From a virus (taxonomy: Duplodnaviria > Caudoviricetes), in the IMG/VR virus record IMGVR_UViG_3300020044_002608, positions 1 through 28,219 of that record: a stretch of DNA of 28,219 nucleotides. One strand, given 5' to 3'. Under the pieces are notes generated by a model. The model saw only the letters and a list, made by a program, of their open reading frames with translations. It ran no database searches and had not been told where the DNA came from. A program made the translations under genes and the position numbers. Of the stretch, positions 17,401 to 25,336 are shown piece by piece; the stretch's first letter is position 1, and each line of letters begins with the position of its first letter.

Positions 17401-19255
17401 CTTTGAATTCATCAGTGCGACCCTTTTGAAACTTAACCAAGTAATCACCAAGCGCCAAGTATGGAGCAGCAGGGAACAAAGCTCTAGCGTCAACCAAGCT
17501 ACCGTCTGGATTCTTTACGTCATACCAGTTGGTGTCTTGGTTTTCTTCTCTGTATTTGAAAGCGGCATAGATTGCAGCAGTACCGACAGCACCTTTAGAG
17601 AAGTTCTCTAAACCCTGTGTCATCTGGTTCATGCCTAAGTCAGCAGTCTCAGCCTTGCCAAGCTTGGTAGCACCAGCAGCAATGTCAGATGTACCAGACA
17701 ACAAACCTGCAGGGCTATGCTTATACGTCCATGTCATAGCGTTAGCCATGAAACGTGGGAATGGAATTACTGTTGAGCCGATAGGTCCAAGTTCTTCAAC
17801 AAACTTAACCGCATGGAACATTGGTCCTTTGGTTGGCATCTTGCTGAACGTAGCTTCAAGAGAAGCATCAACAGCATTACGCAACACATCGAAAGGAATT
17901 GTCTTACCTTGTGCAATGAGATCGTACATGTTCAAACCAACACGACTCAGTTGCTTCTCAACTGTTGCAGTGAAGATGGCTTTACGGAAGAAAGCATCTT
18001 GTGCAACGTTCAAGGTGTTAGCTAGTTGTGCAGTTTTAGATAGGTTGTTAGCTTCTGTCTCGCCTGTTGTCTTCACCATCTTACGATAGAGAGCAGGTGT
18101 ACCTTTGAGCAAAGCTTCTGTTACATCGCTAGACAACTCTTGCTGACCAAGATAGAAGACAGTACGAACAGCATCGTCATACACACCCTTCATACCACCG
18201 GTAAAGCTACCAGTGATTGGTTGACCAGTAGCTAGTTCACCAGCTGTCTTACCCATGCGATAGAGAGCAGACTCCATAGCTTCAGATGCTGCACCAAAGG
18301 TAACAACAGCAGCGCCAGAGAATGCGTTACGAACAGTGGTGGCAATCTGTGACACCATCAACGCTTTAAGTTCACGGTCAACACGCATGCCCAAGTCTCT
18401 CAGACCAACAAAGGCTGAAGTGATGGCATGACGTTTACCATACATAGCATCCAACTCTTTGGCTGCAGCAGGGTCAATGGCTTTGAGTTTGTTTTGTAGA
18501 CGAGCAACAACTGACAAGCTCTGTAATGTACGAGCAGCATCACCAGCAGATGTTCTAAACATCTTGGCAAACTCTTCAGGTGTTACGTCAGCAGAAGACA
18601 ATGCTCTTTCGAACACTGTGTCATCAATGATGTCAGCACTTTCAAAGGTACGCTTAATGGCATCAGACACTTTCTCTTCTGCCTTAGGTGCATACTCTGG
18701 TAGCTGCTTCCAAATGTCTTGAGCAATGAGTGTTGCCTTCTGGTTCAGGTCAGTTCTAACCTGCATCTGAGCAACAGCAGTTGGGCTACCTTGTTCATCC
18801 AATAACTTACGACCTTCGTAAATGTCGTATGCATCTTCCAATGCTTTCTCTGTTGGATCTTTAACAGCAGGTACTTCAATCTTTGGTGCTTCAGTGGTAG
18901 TTGTTTTTCTACCAGCCAAGATTTCATCTAGCTGACTACCAGCCTTCTTACCTGTCTTAGCTGCTGCCAACAAAGGAGCAGTTTCAAGAGTACCTGTGAC
19001 AGCACCAATCGCTGCAGCAGCAGCAACTTGTTTACCGCTGACACCAGCTTTAACTTGTTCTTCAAGAGGCTTCATTGCCTCACGCAACTTGGCTTGACTC
19101 TCTTCGTCAAGTGTTGGCAAGATTTCATTTGCTTTAGCAAGCTGTGCTGTTGCAACATCCAAGTCAATCTTCTGTTGATTGACGTTAGAAACAGCAGCAC
19201 CTGCGCCTTCAACAACAGGAACAGAAGCAACAGCAGTAGCGCCTCGTGCTGACAT
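14495..19255 (-). CDS. large putative internal virion/ejection protein, C-terminal part, with putative ADP-ribosyltransferase-like domain
   Basis: 1586 aa, Ala/Gly-rich, last gene of the late arm; IPFPRFMAN region; LYHGS...SFTKD...ETE near the C-terminus; probably continuous with 19929-19256 across a 1-nt frameshift. Confidence 0.7.
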   Translation of the reverse strand: MSARGATAVASVPVVEGAGAAVSNVNQQKIDLDVATAQLAKANEILPTLDEESQAKLREAMKPLEEQVKAGVSGKQVAAAAAIGAVTGTLETAPLLAAAKTGKKAGSQLDEILAGRKTTTTEAPKIEVPAVKDPTEKALEDAYDIYEGRKLLDEQGSPTAVAQMQVRTDLNQKATLIAQDIWKQLPEYAPKAEEKVSDAIKRTFESADIIDDTVFERALSSADVTPEEFAKMFRTSAGDAARTLQSLSVVARLQNKLKAIDPAAAKELDAMYGKRHAITSAFVGLRDLGMRVDRELKALMVSQIATTVRNAFSGAAVVTFGAASEAMESALYRMGKTAGELATGQPITGSFTGGMKGVYDDAVRTVFYLGQQELSSDVTEALLKGTPALYRKMVKTTGETEANNLSKTAQLANTLNVAQDAFFRKAIFTATVEKQLSRVGLNMYDLIAQGKTIPFDVLRNAVDASLEATFSKMPTKGPMFHAVKFVEELGPIGSTVIPFPRFMANAMTWTYKHSPAGLLSGTSDIAAGATKLGKAETADLGMNQMTQGLENFSKGAVGTAAIYAAFKYREENQDTNWYDVKNPDGSLVDARALFPAAPYLALGDYLVKFQKGRTDEFKAKEFIEALIGFKAPAGTYSWLGDKFAEAQSNAGVGEETADIKVKTFFGEWLGEYFGRALVPLQQVSDLVGAIDRDETLPRDAYQIPAGEEGVVSSATQQLMKRTPVVKQQLPVYQPATRETAAFNDAGPLKMFTGITIKGTPSDLEGEITRLHIPGNKIFTSTGDKIVDADARKIMAPLVVEQFNNLKETSFYKEASKDMQKIALQNLTSWAQKTAKEFASDKSTAAAYAEGKQPRLFEVQYSKLSPELKRVVAETYQQQQGKDLATTKDYATALAYAEAMRSLPGYAAGGDVTGVMDVGPASLYQKAYSKLTSKSLQVIKTNFRESYGREFDPAKDTREAVEMAKEYGLFPSAFGVGGLAGDVAKGVAKNTLQEAGSNLMKTLGDVVSKTAKPEVVQQTEKMLTKPVAKPVAKTTSPVLAPTEAPRSTSKVVESNEPYLGPIEGEGRAVEPSMEDLVTNAEASFAQPAAFSDYQLKEAEKILEGKMGSAYQLNAYKTSDPAAYQESINKLAADIAPSEKVVPVTTSDLATKNITDEVDLPPEQQQVTNTNLNKPKFAVNVERRNQTMAELRTIRTDSFNALKEDPTIVEKGISPDAIAVAQGDWRIKNKRELDITNPTDVADFTKFAEGYQKKLNDLREKYKDHPPVVLYHGSGTVRTEEKLRRGFLRPQDSTSNYHKEIDVGAPSFTKDLRLNYNTEEFGGNRPQNISQTEIPYADYLFRRVDMPLKQYQDRDMNIMAQTITGSPDVARPLGLPRSLNYRETEDAFLEADKLKMKVDIPFVEKQLKAFVDQDATQERLYKEIAKSRNALNFSIGTEKQALAANKAYSNIRDLLRNEFTHTAATTSSEQTTLARIESMSKSSTLRLVPTIQDTIEVLKKNGAEDKAVVLEDLLDQLKVLQGSKMARQSAEKGDVIKRNKAIDNIRDLVGGERKVPAKVQDSEAPASQYPKNIKRLGLAKGGLATRRR

Positions 19256-19929
19256 ACAGCAGCTCTAGCACCCTTCTCTGCAACAGCTTTGGTCAAGTAG
19301 CCTGTAGCCACCTTACCAGTACCAAGAGAGAATGCTGTAGTTGGGCTAGAAGCAATTGCACCGATAGCATCGATGACAGGTCTAAAACCACCTTGACCAC
19401 CCTTGGCATCAAAGTAACCAGCTGTGTTCTTAAACAAGTCGTAAGCAGCACCAGCTTTGATGACATCATCACGCTTAGCGTTGTTCAAGTATTGCAATTC
19501 CTGTACACCAGAAATCTCATTACCCATATCCAACATACGCATGTGCGAAGCAAAACGCTTCACGTAGTCTTCTTTGGTTTCACCAGCAATAGGAACACCC
19601 TCTTTACCAAATCGTGCCTTGGCATATTCGAAGATGGTGTTGAAGTTCTTCTCGTCTTCGTACAGTTGGTTGAAAGGAAGCTTTGCGGCTTCCTCTTTCT
19701 TAACTTCTTCTGCACGAGTACGAAGAGCCTGATCTTTCCTAAAAGGTTTAGGAGATAGAAAGGCTGGCTTAGAAAGATCTTCTGTTGGTGCAGCAGGTGT
19801 CGTAGCAGCTTCAGCGACAGGAGTTTCAGGACGTGGCAACTTGCTCAGCGCAGCTGCCATCTCATCCTTACTCATGCCATCTGGGAACTCGACTTGACCT
19901 ACGCCGATTACTTCGATGTATTGAGCCAT
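19072..19929 (-). CDS. N-terminal part of the large internal virion protein (frame broken near 19256)
   Basis: Starts MAQYIEVIGVGQVEFPDGMS. After ...KGARAAV the translation turns into Leu-rich out-of-frame-like sequence overlapping the next ORF by 184 nt. Confidence 0.65.
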   Translation of the reverse strand: MAQYIEVIGVGQVEFPDGMSKDEMAAALSKLPRPETPVAEAATTPAAPTEDLSKPAFLSPKPFRKDQALRTRAEEVKKEEAAKLPFNQLYEDEKNFNTIFEYAKARFGKEGVPIAGETKEDYVKRFASHMRMLDMGNEISGVQELQYLNNAKRDDVIKAGAAYDLFKNTAGYFDAKGGQGGFRPVIDAIGAIASSPTTAFSLGTGKVATGYLTKAVAEKGARAAVCQHEALLLLLLFLLLKAQVLLFLTSINRRLTWMLQQHSLLKQMKSCQHLTKRVKPSCVRQ

Positions 19930-19932
19930 TAA

Positions 19933-21471
19933 TTACTTCCAAGAGTTTGTTGCTGGATCCCAACGGGCAGCAGACGTATTTTTCGTTTGTGTTTTCTTAG
20001 CCAAGTCAATCTCACGTTGCAACCCTGCAACATCAGCTTGTGCTCGTTCAATTGCTTTCTTGTCAGTACCCTTAGATACTGCATCATATCGTGCTTTAGC
20101 GCCAACAATTTCTTGTTCAAGAATTGAAAGACGGTTTGTGTCAGCATTAGCTTGAGCAGCAGGTGTAACTCTAGTAGCACTGGCAGCAGGAGCTGGTGCA
20201 GAAGCAGCAGGTTTAGCTGGCGCAGCAGGTGCAGCTGGAGTAGCAGGTGCAGCAGGTGTACGGTCTTGTGCTGACAAGCTAGTGGGTGCTGATTTAACAA
20301 CGATACCGTCTGCGTCAAAGTTAACACCAATAGATGTCAATGCGTTCTTGTGCAAGTCAGACTTTGGCTTACCATCTTTAGTAGTGAAGTCAGCAATAAC
20401 TTCATTGCGTGACTTAGCCAATGCTCCCTTGTAACCACTGTCATCAATACCTTTAGGCTGCATAGTTACAGTGCCATCAAGACCAACAGTGGAAATAAAC
20501 TTACCGGGAATCAAGCTTTGCATACGTGCTTCAACAGCTTTGTTAGCAACAGAGATCATGTTGGCCTGTGTCACCTTGCTTTCGCTGTCAGCTTTGTCCA
20601 ACAACAATTGACGCTGTTTCAACAATGCACGTTTACTCTCAGCCTCTGCTGGCTTACCAGCTTTCTCAAGAGCTTGAATCTCATTGACCAAGTCAGAGCG
20701 AATGTCAGCTTCTGGCTGATTGATACGCATCTTCTCTTTAACAATAATGACACGGCCCATGTCAGCATCAGCTTTAGCAATGCGTTCTGGATCACCAGAT
20801 CGTTGTGCCTCAAAGAAGTTTGATTGCACTTCACTTTCAATCTTATTCCAATCCTTTGGCTTAGCCAATGCGGAAGGATCAACACTACCTTGACTACGGA
20901 TGATTGCGCTTGTTGGTTTGTATGTAGACAACAAGTCGTCCAATGACACACCAAGCCTTGCAGCAGTTTGTCTAGCTGTCTTCAATTGACGAGAAGCTTT
21001 CATCTTGTCAAAGAAACCAGCGTCTTCATTGTTAACACCGTAGAAGGTTTCAGCATTAGCTGCTGCTTCTTTTTGTAATGTATAAACTTCTTTGAAGTGT
21101 TTAGCAATGTCGGTAGTAGGATCAACGCCTTCAACCTGACGAACAAAACCTTTGCTTGTTTTCTTAAACCATTCAGGATCATCATCAAGCTTTTTAAGAA
21201 TAGACTTAGCTAGGTCAGGCTTAGATGCAATGTTAATAAGTTGGCTATTATCTAACGTACCGTCAGCGAATTCAATACCACGTAATGAGTTAACAACCTT
21301 AGTTGCCTCATTGCGTTGAGCATCAATCTCTTTCTTTCGTTCTGCTCGTTCAGTGTACGCAGCCTTAAGCTGTTCTTGAATCTGAGCATCGTCTCGTTCG
21401 TTCTCAATAGTACCAGCTTTAGCAGCACCAGTGATTAAACCAGTAAGAATAGGAACAACAAAACCAACCAT
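19933..21471 (-). CDS. putative internal virion protein
   Basis: 512 aa; hydrophobic Gly-rich N-terminus, charged helical body, Ala-Pro linker (TPAAPATPAAPAAPAKP); sits in the ejection-protein cluster. Confidence 0.6.
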   Translation of the reverse strand: MVGFVVPILTGLITGAAKAGTIENERDDAQIQEQLKAAYTERAERKKEIDAQRNEATKVVNSLRGIEFADGTLDNSQLINIASKPDLAKSILKKLDDDPEWFKKTSKGFVRQVEGVDPTTDIAKHFKEVYTLQKEAAANAETFYGVNNEDAGFFDKMKASRQLKTARQTAARLGVSLDDLLSTYKPTSAIIRSQGSVDPSALAKPKDWNKIESEVQSNFFEAQRSGDPERIAKADADMGRVIIVKEKMRINQPEADIRSDLVNEIQALEKAGKPAEAESKRALLKQRQLLLDKADSESKVTQANMISVANKAVEARMQSLIPGKFISTVGLDGTVTMQPKGIDDSGYKGALAKSRNEVIADFTTKDGKPKSDLHKNALTSIGVNFDADGIVVKSAPTSLSAQDRTPAAPATPAAPAAPAKPAASAPAPAASATRVTPAAQANADTNRLSILEQEIVGAKARYDAVSKGTDKKAIERAQADVAGLQREIDLAKKTQTKNTSAARWDPATNSWK

Positions 21472-21959
21472 TACGCAACTCCTTTAGACATCAAACCTTT
21501 TGGAGCAGAAGCACCAATGGTAGATACAGCTTCTTCAACAGAGGCTTTAATTTCTTTTTCATTAACAATCTTAGTAAGCAGTTGCTTATCAATTGTCTTT
21601 GCTTTGAGAGCGTCTTCTCTCGTCAATGTGTACGGGATGTTGTACAACTCAGCATATGTTTTAAGTAGCTCAACAACAATTGGTGCTACCAAGATGCCAG
21701 CATCTACAGTGTGGATGCCGTTCATTGTATTGAATGTAATTGCGCTATCAGCAAGTGTTACCAATGGCACACCTGTTTCCAATGCGTCAATTGTTCTATC
21801 GATTACTTCGTGATCTGTTGTCAACTTATCAATGTAATACTTAGCAACCTCATCAATGGTTACATACTGAGGAGGCTGTTCCCAAGGAACACTACCCGGC
21901 TCCACTGTTAGTGACATACCGGGTACTGGTGCTGACAGAATATCTTCAACCTTTGGCAT
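21471..21959 (-). CDS. hypothetical virion-module protein
   Basis: APVPGMSLT.EPG..PWEQPP N-terminus and C-terminal KGLMSK; coupled to neighbours. Confidence 0.7.
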   Translation of the reverse strand: MPKVEDILSAPVPGMSLTVEPGSVPWEQPPQYVTIDEVAKYYIDKLTTDHEVIDRTIDALETGVPLVTLADSAITFNTMNGIHTVDAGILVAPIVVELLKTYAELYNIPYTLTREDALKAKTIDKQLLTKIVNEKEIKASVEEAVSTIGASAPKGLMSKGVA

Positions 21960-22161
21960 TTAAGAGTTCCTCTTTTTGTTTACGAATAATTGCAACGTAT
22001 TGAGCAATCTGTTTTTCTGCAGTCATAGGTTTAGATTCAGTCTTAACAGATGTTGTTGGACGTGGTACAAGACCACCAACAGTTTTCTCTTTAACAACCT
22101 TCTCAGGCTTTTCAGCAATAATCTGATTAATCTTATTGTAATATTTCTTAAAGTTTTTCAT
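21946..22161 (-). CDS. small basic hypothetical protein
   Basis: ATG at 22161 (MKNFKKYY...) immediately after the upstream stop; contains VGGLVPRP. Confidence 0.65.
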   Translation of the reverse strand: MKNFKKYYNKINQIIAEKPEKVVKEKTVGGLVPRPTTSVKTESKPMTAEKQIAQYVAIIRKQKEELLNAKG

Positions 22162-22162
22162 A

Positions 22163-24988
22163 TCATTTAGCTTCCAATGTTGCAAGTTTTGCAGAGAGAC
22201 TATCAACCGTCCCACTTAACTCTTTAACAGCCTCAATTAACATAGCTGTTATATCAGCATAGTTTACTGTGCGGAAAGATGTGTCATGTGCAAATGGTGT
22301 AATGGCAGAAGGGATAACCTTTTGAACTTCACCTGCCAATACGCCTGACATTTCAGTGTCAGAAGGATAGCCATACTTTTCAAACCCTTGTTTGTATGTA
22401 TAGGTATATCCTGTCAAACTCTTAATCTTCAACAGTGGATTTGTTACAACACCAGTAATGTCTTTTGCATTCTCATCTGATAATGAAAGTGCATATACAG
22501 CAGCAGCCGAAACAGCAGTGTTCATCATCTGACCTTCTGCCGCTGTGCTTGCAGCATCAACCGTTGCACTACCTGAGATGTTTGCTGTAGAAATCTTAGT
22601 AGCTCTATCCAAATCATTCTGTGCAGACTGCCATGTAAATGTCAGCTTATCACGATAGAGTTGGATGAGGTTGTTGTACTCAGCCAATGTCATCTGTTGT
22701 GACAGCTGAGCGTTTGCGGTGTTTGCAGCATTAGTCGCCGCAGTATTTGCGGTGGAAATCTCTCTCAACCACTGAGCATTACTCTGGTCAATCACCAAAC
22801 GGTTCTGTGCGTTGAAGGCATCACGTTGGTTCTGCACATCAGCATTGAATTTAGCAATGGCGTTTGCTTGGTCAGTGTTGAATTGATTGATAGCATTAGT
22901 CTGTGTTGCATTGAACTGAGCAACCTGTGTAGTCAAGCCAGCAAAGAACTGGTTTGTCTGGTTGGTGCTAGTTGCATTAAATTGCTTAGCAGCATTCTCA
23001 GCAGCAGCATCAGACAACAAGGCTGTACTAATTTGTTGTGACTTAAACAAAGCTGTCTGTTGTTCGTTAGACAGATTAGCCATATCCATTTGCAAGAACG
23101 ACTGTGCGTTTGCAACAGCAGCTTGTTGACGGTTGTTCAAGTTGGCTGTTTCCAAGGTTGCCATCTCAGCAGCCTTAGCCATAACAATAGCTTGATCGTT
23201 AGACAGGTTTGCCAAGTCAACTGACTGAGCAAGTCGTGCGTTCTCAAGCGCCACTTGTTGTGCAGCAGAGAAGTTTTGATTTGCAATGTCAGAAACCTTA
23301 GCAGCGTTCAACACCTTAGTCTGGAAGTTTTGATCAAACTCTTGACCCATGAATGTTGCACGTTGTTGTGCAGTGAGGACAGCCATCTGTTGTCTGTTAG
23401 ACAAGTTAGCCAATCCCATGTCTTGGAACACCTTAGCATCTGCAGCAGCAACGGGTGTAGCAGCCTCAAGAGCAGCTTGTACAATTGCTTGACCTGCCAT
23501 GCTACTAGCTGACAAACCTCTTGCAGCCATCTGTGCAGTGGCAGCTCTCAAAGAACCAGCCGCCCATGCGGGAGGATTGGATGCATCGAAGTTGGCAGTG
23601 AGCTTAGCCAGCTGACCTTGAACAGTCATGTCTTCTGTAACAGTAGCTTGTGCAGCCACGTTCTTAGCAAGCTCTGCTTCAACCCTAGCTTGATCAACAG
23701 CAGAACCAGACACCATCTCACCAGCTTGTGCTGTACGAGTTTGTAAAGCAGCTTGCTGAGCAGCATCAAGTTGTGCACCTTGCAAACCAGCCAATGCTGT
23801 AGTTGTAGGTTCTTGTTGTGCAGCTGTCACTTGTGCGTTAGGAGACACTGTACCTTGAGCAGCTGTTAATTTACCCATCTCTGCAGTAACACCAGTAGCA
23901 GCAGTGGTAGCTGCCATTTGAGCAGCAGGTGTTGCTGTTGGTGCAGCAGCTGTAGCAGCAGGTGCAGCCAATGTTTGAGTGGCAGTGGTGGCAGTAGTAG
24001 GTGCTAGTTGCGTTGCCAGCTTTTGTTCAGTGGTAGCGGTGTTGAGAGAGGGTGTGATCGCTGATGCAGTGCCAGCAGTTGGCGAAGCGCCTACATCAAT
24101 AGCTTTTTGTGCAGTAGTGAGAATCTTGTTAGCCTCATCAAGTCTGGCTTGAGCAGCAGCACGAGCAGCTTCGTCTTGAGCAGCAGCTAATGCAGCTTCA
24201 GCAGCAGCTTTGTCAGCTTGAGCTGTAGCAAGTTGTTGCTGTAATTGTGTGTTGGAAACAGCTATAGCTTTCTCTGCAGCGTTTAATGTTGAGTACGCAC
24301 CAGTTGGGTTTACTTTGTTGTACGCAGCTTGAATCTCAACCAACGAGGGGGCATTCTCTTGACCAACAAAAGCAGAAGCAACTTTAGATGGATCAACTTT
24401 AAACTTGTCCATTGCCTGTGCAATGTCAGCGTTGCTACCACCAGCTTTTTGAATGTTCTTAATATAACCAACAATGTCAGCGTCTGTGTATTGACCGGTT
24501 GGTGTAGGGACAGCCGCAGCAGCAGCGGTCATAACAGCAGGGGTAGTTGTTGTCTGAGCTACAGGAGTAGTCGTGCTTGTTTTTGTAGAAGGAGCAGCTG
24601 TTGTGGTTGAGGTGGATGTAGTTGTTACAGGTGCGGGAGCAGTTGCAGCTTCGTAACGACTCTGTACTTCGGCAACATTAGTACCAGTAGCGGCAGCTAC
24701 TTGAGAAGGACTGACACCGTATTGGTTCATAGCAGCAGCAATCTCTTTATCGCCACCACCAGAAGCTTGAATGTTGGCGATATAAGAAGCAATCTCACCA
24801 CCCGTATACATCTTTACAACAGAGCCACCGTTCGCCATGCGTTGAACATACTTATCTGTGATGGACGCATACTTCTGTGCATCATCAGCTGACGCATTCA
24901 AGAAGGTGTCAAACATACTCATCGGACCCTCATAGCCCATCTTACGAGCAACGATCTCTCGTTGTTGTGATGTAAAGGTATCTTTCAT
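22163..24988 (-). CDS. Ala/Gln/Asn-rich putative DNA-ejection (pilot-like) protein with C-terminal peptidase S74 intramolecular chaperone
   Basis: 11/22-residue periodic Q/N coiled coil. C-terminal SDENAK...L.G..Y.YK...GVLAGEV..VIP...VNY..I.AMLIEAVKEL is typical of S74 chaperones. Confidence 0.7.
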   Translation of the reverse strand: MKDTFTSQQREIVARKMGYEGPMSMFDTFLNASADDAQKYASITDKYVQRMANGGSVVKMYTGGEIASYIANIQASGGGDKEIAAAMNQYGVSPSQVAAATGTNVAEVQSRYEAATAPAPVTTTSTSTTTAAPSTKTSTTTPVAQTTTTPAVMTAAAAAVPTPTGQYTDADIVGYIKNIQKAGGSNADIAQAMDKFKVDPSKVASAFVGQENAPSLVEIQAAYNKVNPTGAYSTLNAAEKAIAVSNTQLQQQLATAQADKAAAEAALAAAQDEAARAAAQARLDEANKILTTAQKAIDVGASPTAGTASAITPSLNTATTEQKLATQLAPTTATTATQTLAAPAATAAAPTATPAAQMAATTAATGVTAEMGKLTAAQGTVSPNAQVTAAQQEPTTTALAGLQGAQLDAAQQAALQTRTAQAGEMVSGSAVDQARVEAELAKNVAAQATVTEDMTVQGQLAKLTANFDASNPPAWAAGSLRAATAQMAARGLSASSMAGQAIVQAALEAATPVAAADAKVFQDMGLANLSNRQQMAVLTAQQRATFMGQEFDQNFQTKVLNAAKVSDIANQNFSAAQQVALENARLAQSVDLANLSNDQAIVMAKAAEMATLETANLNNRQQAAVANAQSFLQMDMANLSNEQQTALFKSQQISTALLSDAAAENAAKQFNATSTNQTNQFFAGLTTQVAQFNATQTNAINQFNTDQANAIAKFNADVQNQRDAFNAQNRLVIDQSNAQWLREISTANTAATNAANTANAQLSQQMTLAEYNNLIQLYRDKLTFTWQSAQNDLDRATKISTANISGSATVDAASTAAEGQMMNTAVSAAAVYALSLSDENAKDITGVVTNPLLKIKSLTGYTYTYKQGFEKYGYPSDTEMSGVLAGEVQKVIPSAITPFAHDTSFRTVNYADITAMLIEAVKELSGTVDSLSAKLATLEAK

Positions 24989-25284
24989 TGTTTAGTTGCC
25001 TTATATAAATATTCTAGAAATTCTTGGTTGTTCTTTAAAAGCGCCATGATTCCAGTTGCTGTGCAGTGCACTTGTCGCTCAGACATCTTTGTCTGCATAG
25101 CATCATCAATCGCATGAATAATTTCGTGCAAGATTGTATCTGCCTCTAGGAAAGGTTGCTGTCCTGTTTTGATGTGGATCTGAAGCTTTTCATAATCACA
25201 CTGCCCAACAACACCCGCCAACTCATCCTTATATAATACCTCATATTCCCTGCCAATTATATCAATTGTATTAGGAAAAGGCAT
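24985..25284 (-). CDS. small zincin-like metallopeptidase (HEXXH)
   Basis: GQCDY..LQIHI.......DTILHEIIHAI...E; AAGGA RBS. Confidence 0.7.
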   Translation of the reverse strand: MPFPNTIDIIGREYEVLYKDELAGVVGQCDYEKLQIHIKTGQQPFLEADTILHEIIHAIDDAMQTKMSERQVHCTATGIMALLKNNQEFLEYLYKATKQ

Positions 25285-25304
25285 TATATCAGTCCTTTAA
25301 TGGT

Positions 25305-25330
25305 AAAAGCCGTCTTATCATTTTAGACGG
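25305..25330 (-). terminator. possible weak terminator after the endolysin
   Basis: Minus strand CCGTCT-9-nt loop-AGACGG followed by CTTTT. Confidence 0.4.
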
Positions 25331-25336
25331 ATTATG

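Noticed and set aside
19072-19255. Leu-rich C-terminus of the 285-aa ORF as a transmembrane anchor
   Set aside because: It is the off-frame reading of GCT/GTT-rich codons of the downstream ORF, which a frameshift explains better.
20140-20260. Repetitive GCAGCAGGT-like DNA; similar low-complexity runs at 23890-24010 and 24530-24650
   Set aside because: Explained by Ala/Pro/Thr linker coding; no fixed-length repeat-spacer structure, so not CRISPR or a regulatory repeat.
14942-24892. Many 60-170 aa plus-strand ORFs antisense to the large virion genes
   Set aside because: Shadow ORFs of long coding regions; no RBS or recognisable motifs, and they oppose the clear minus-strand operon.
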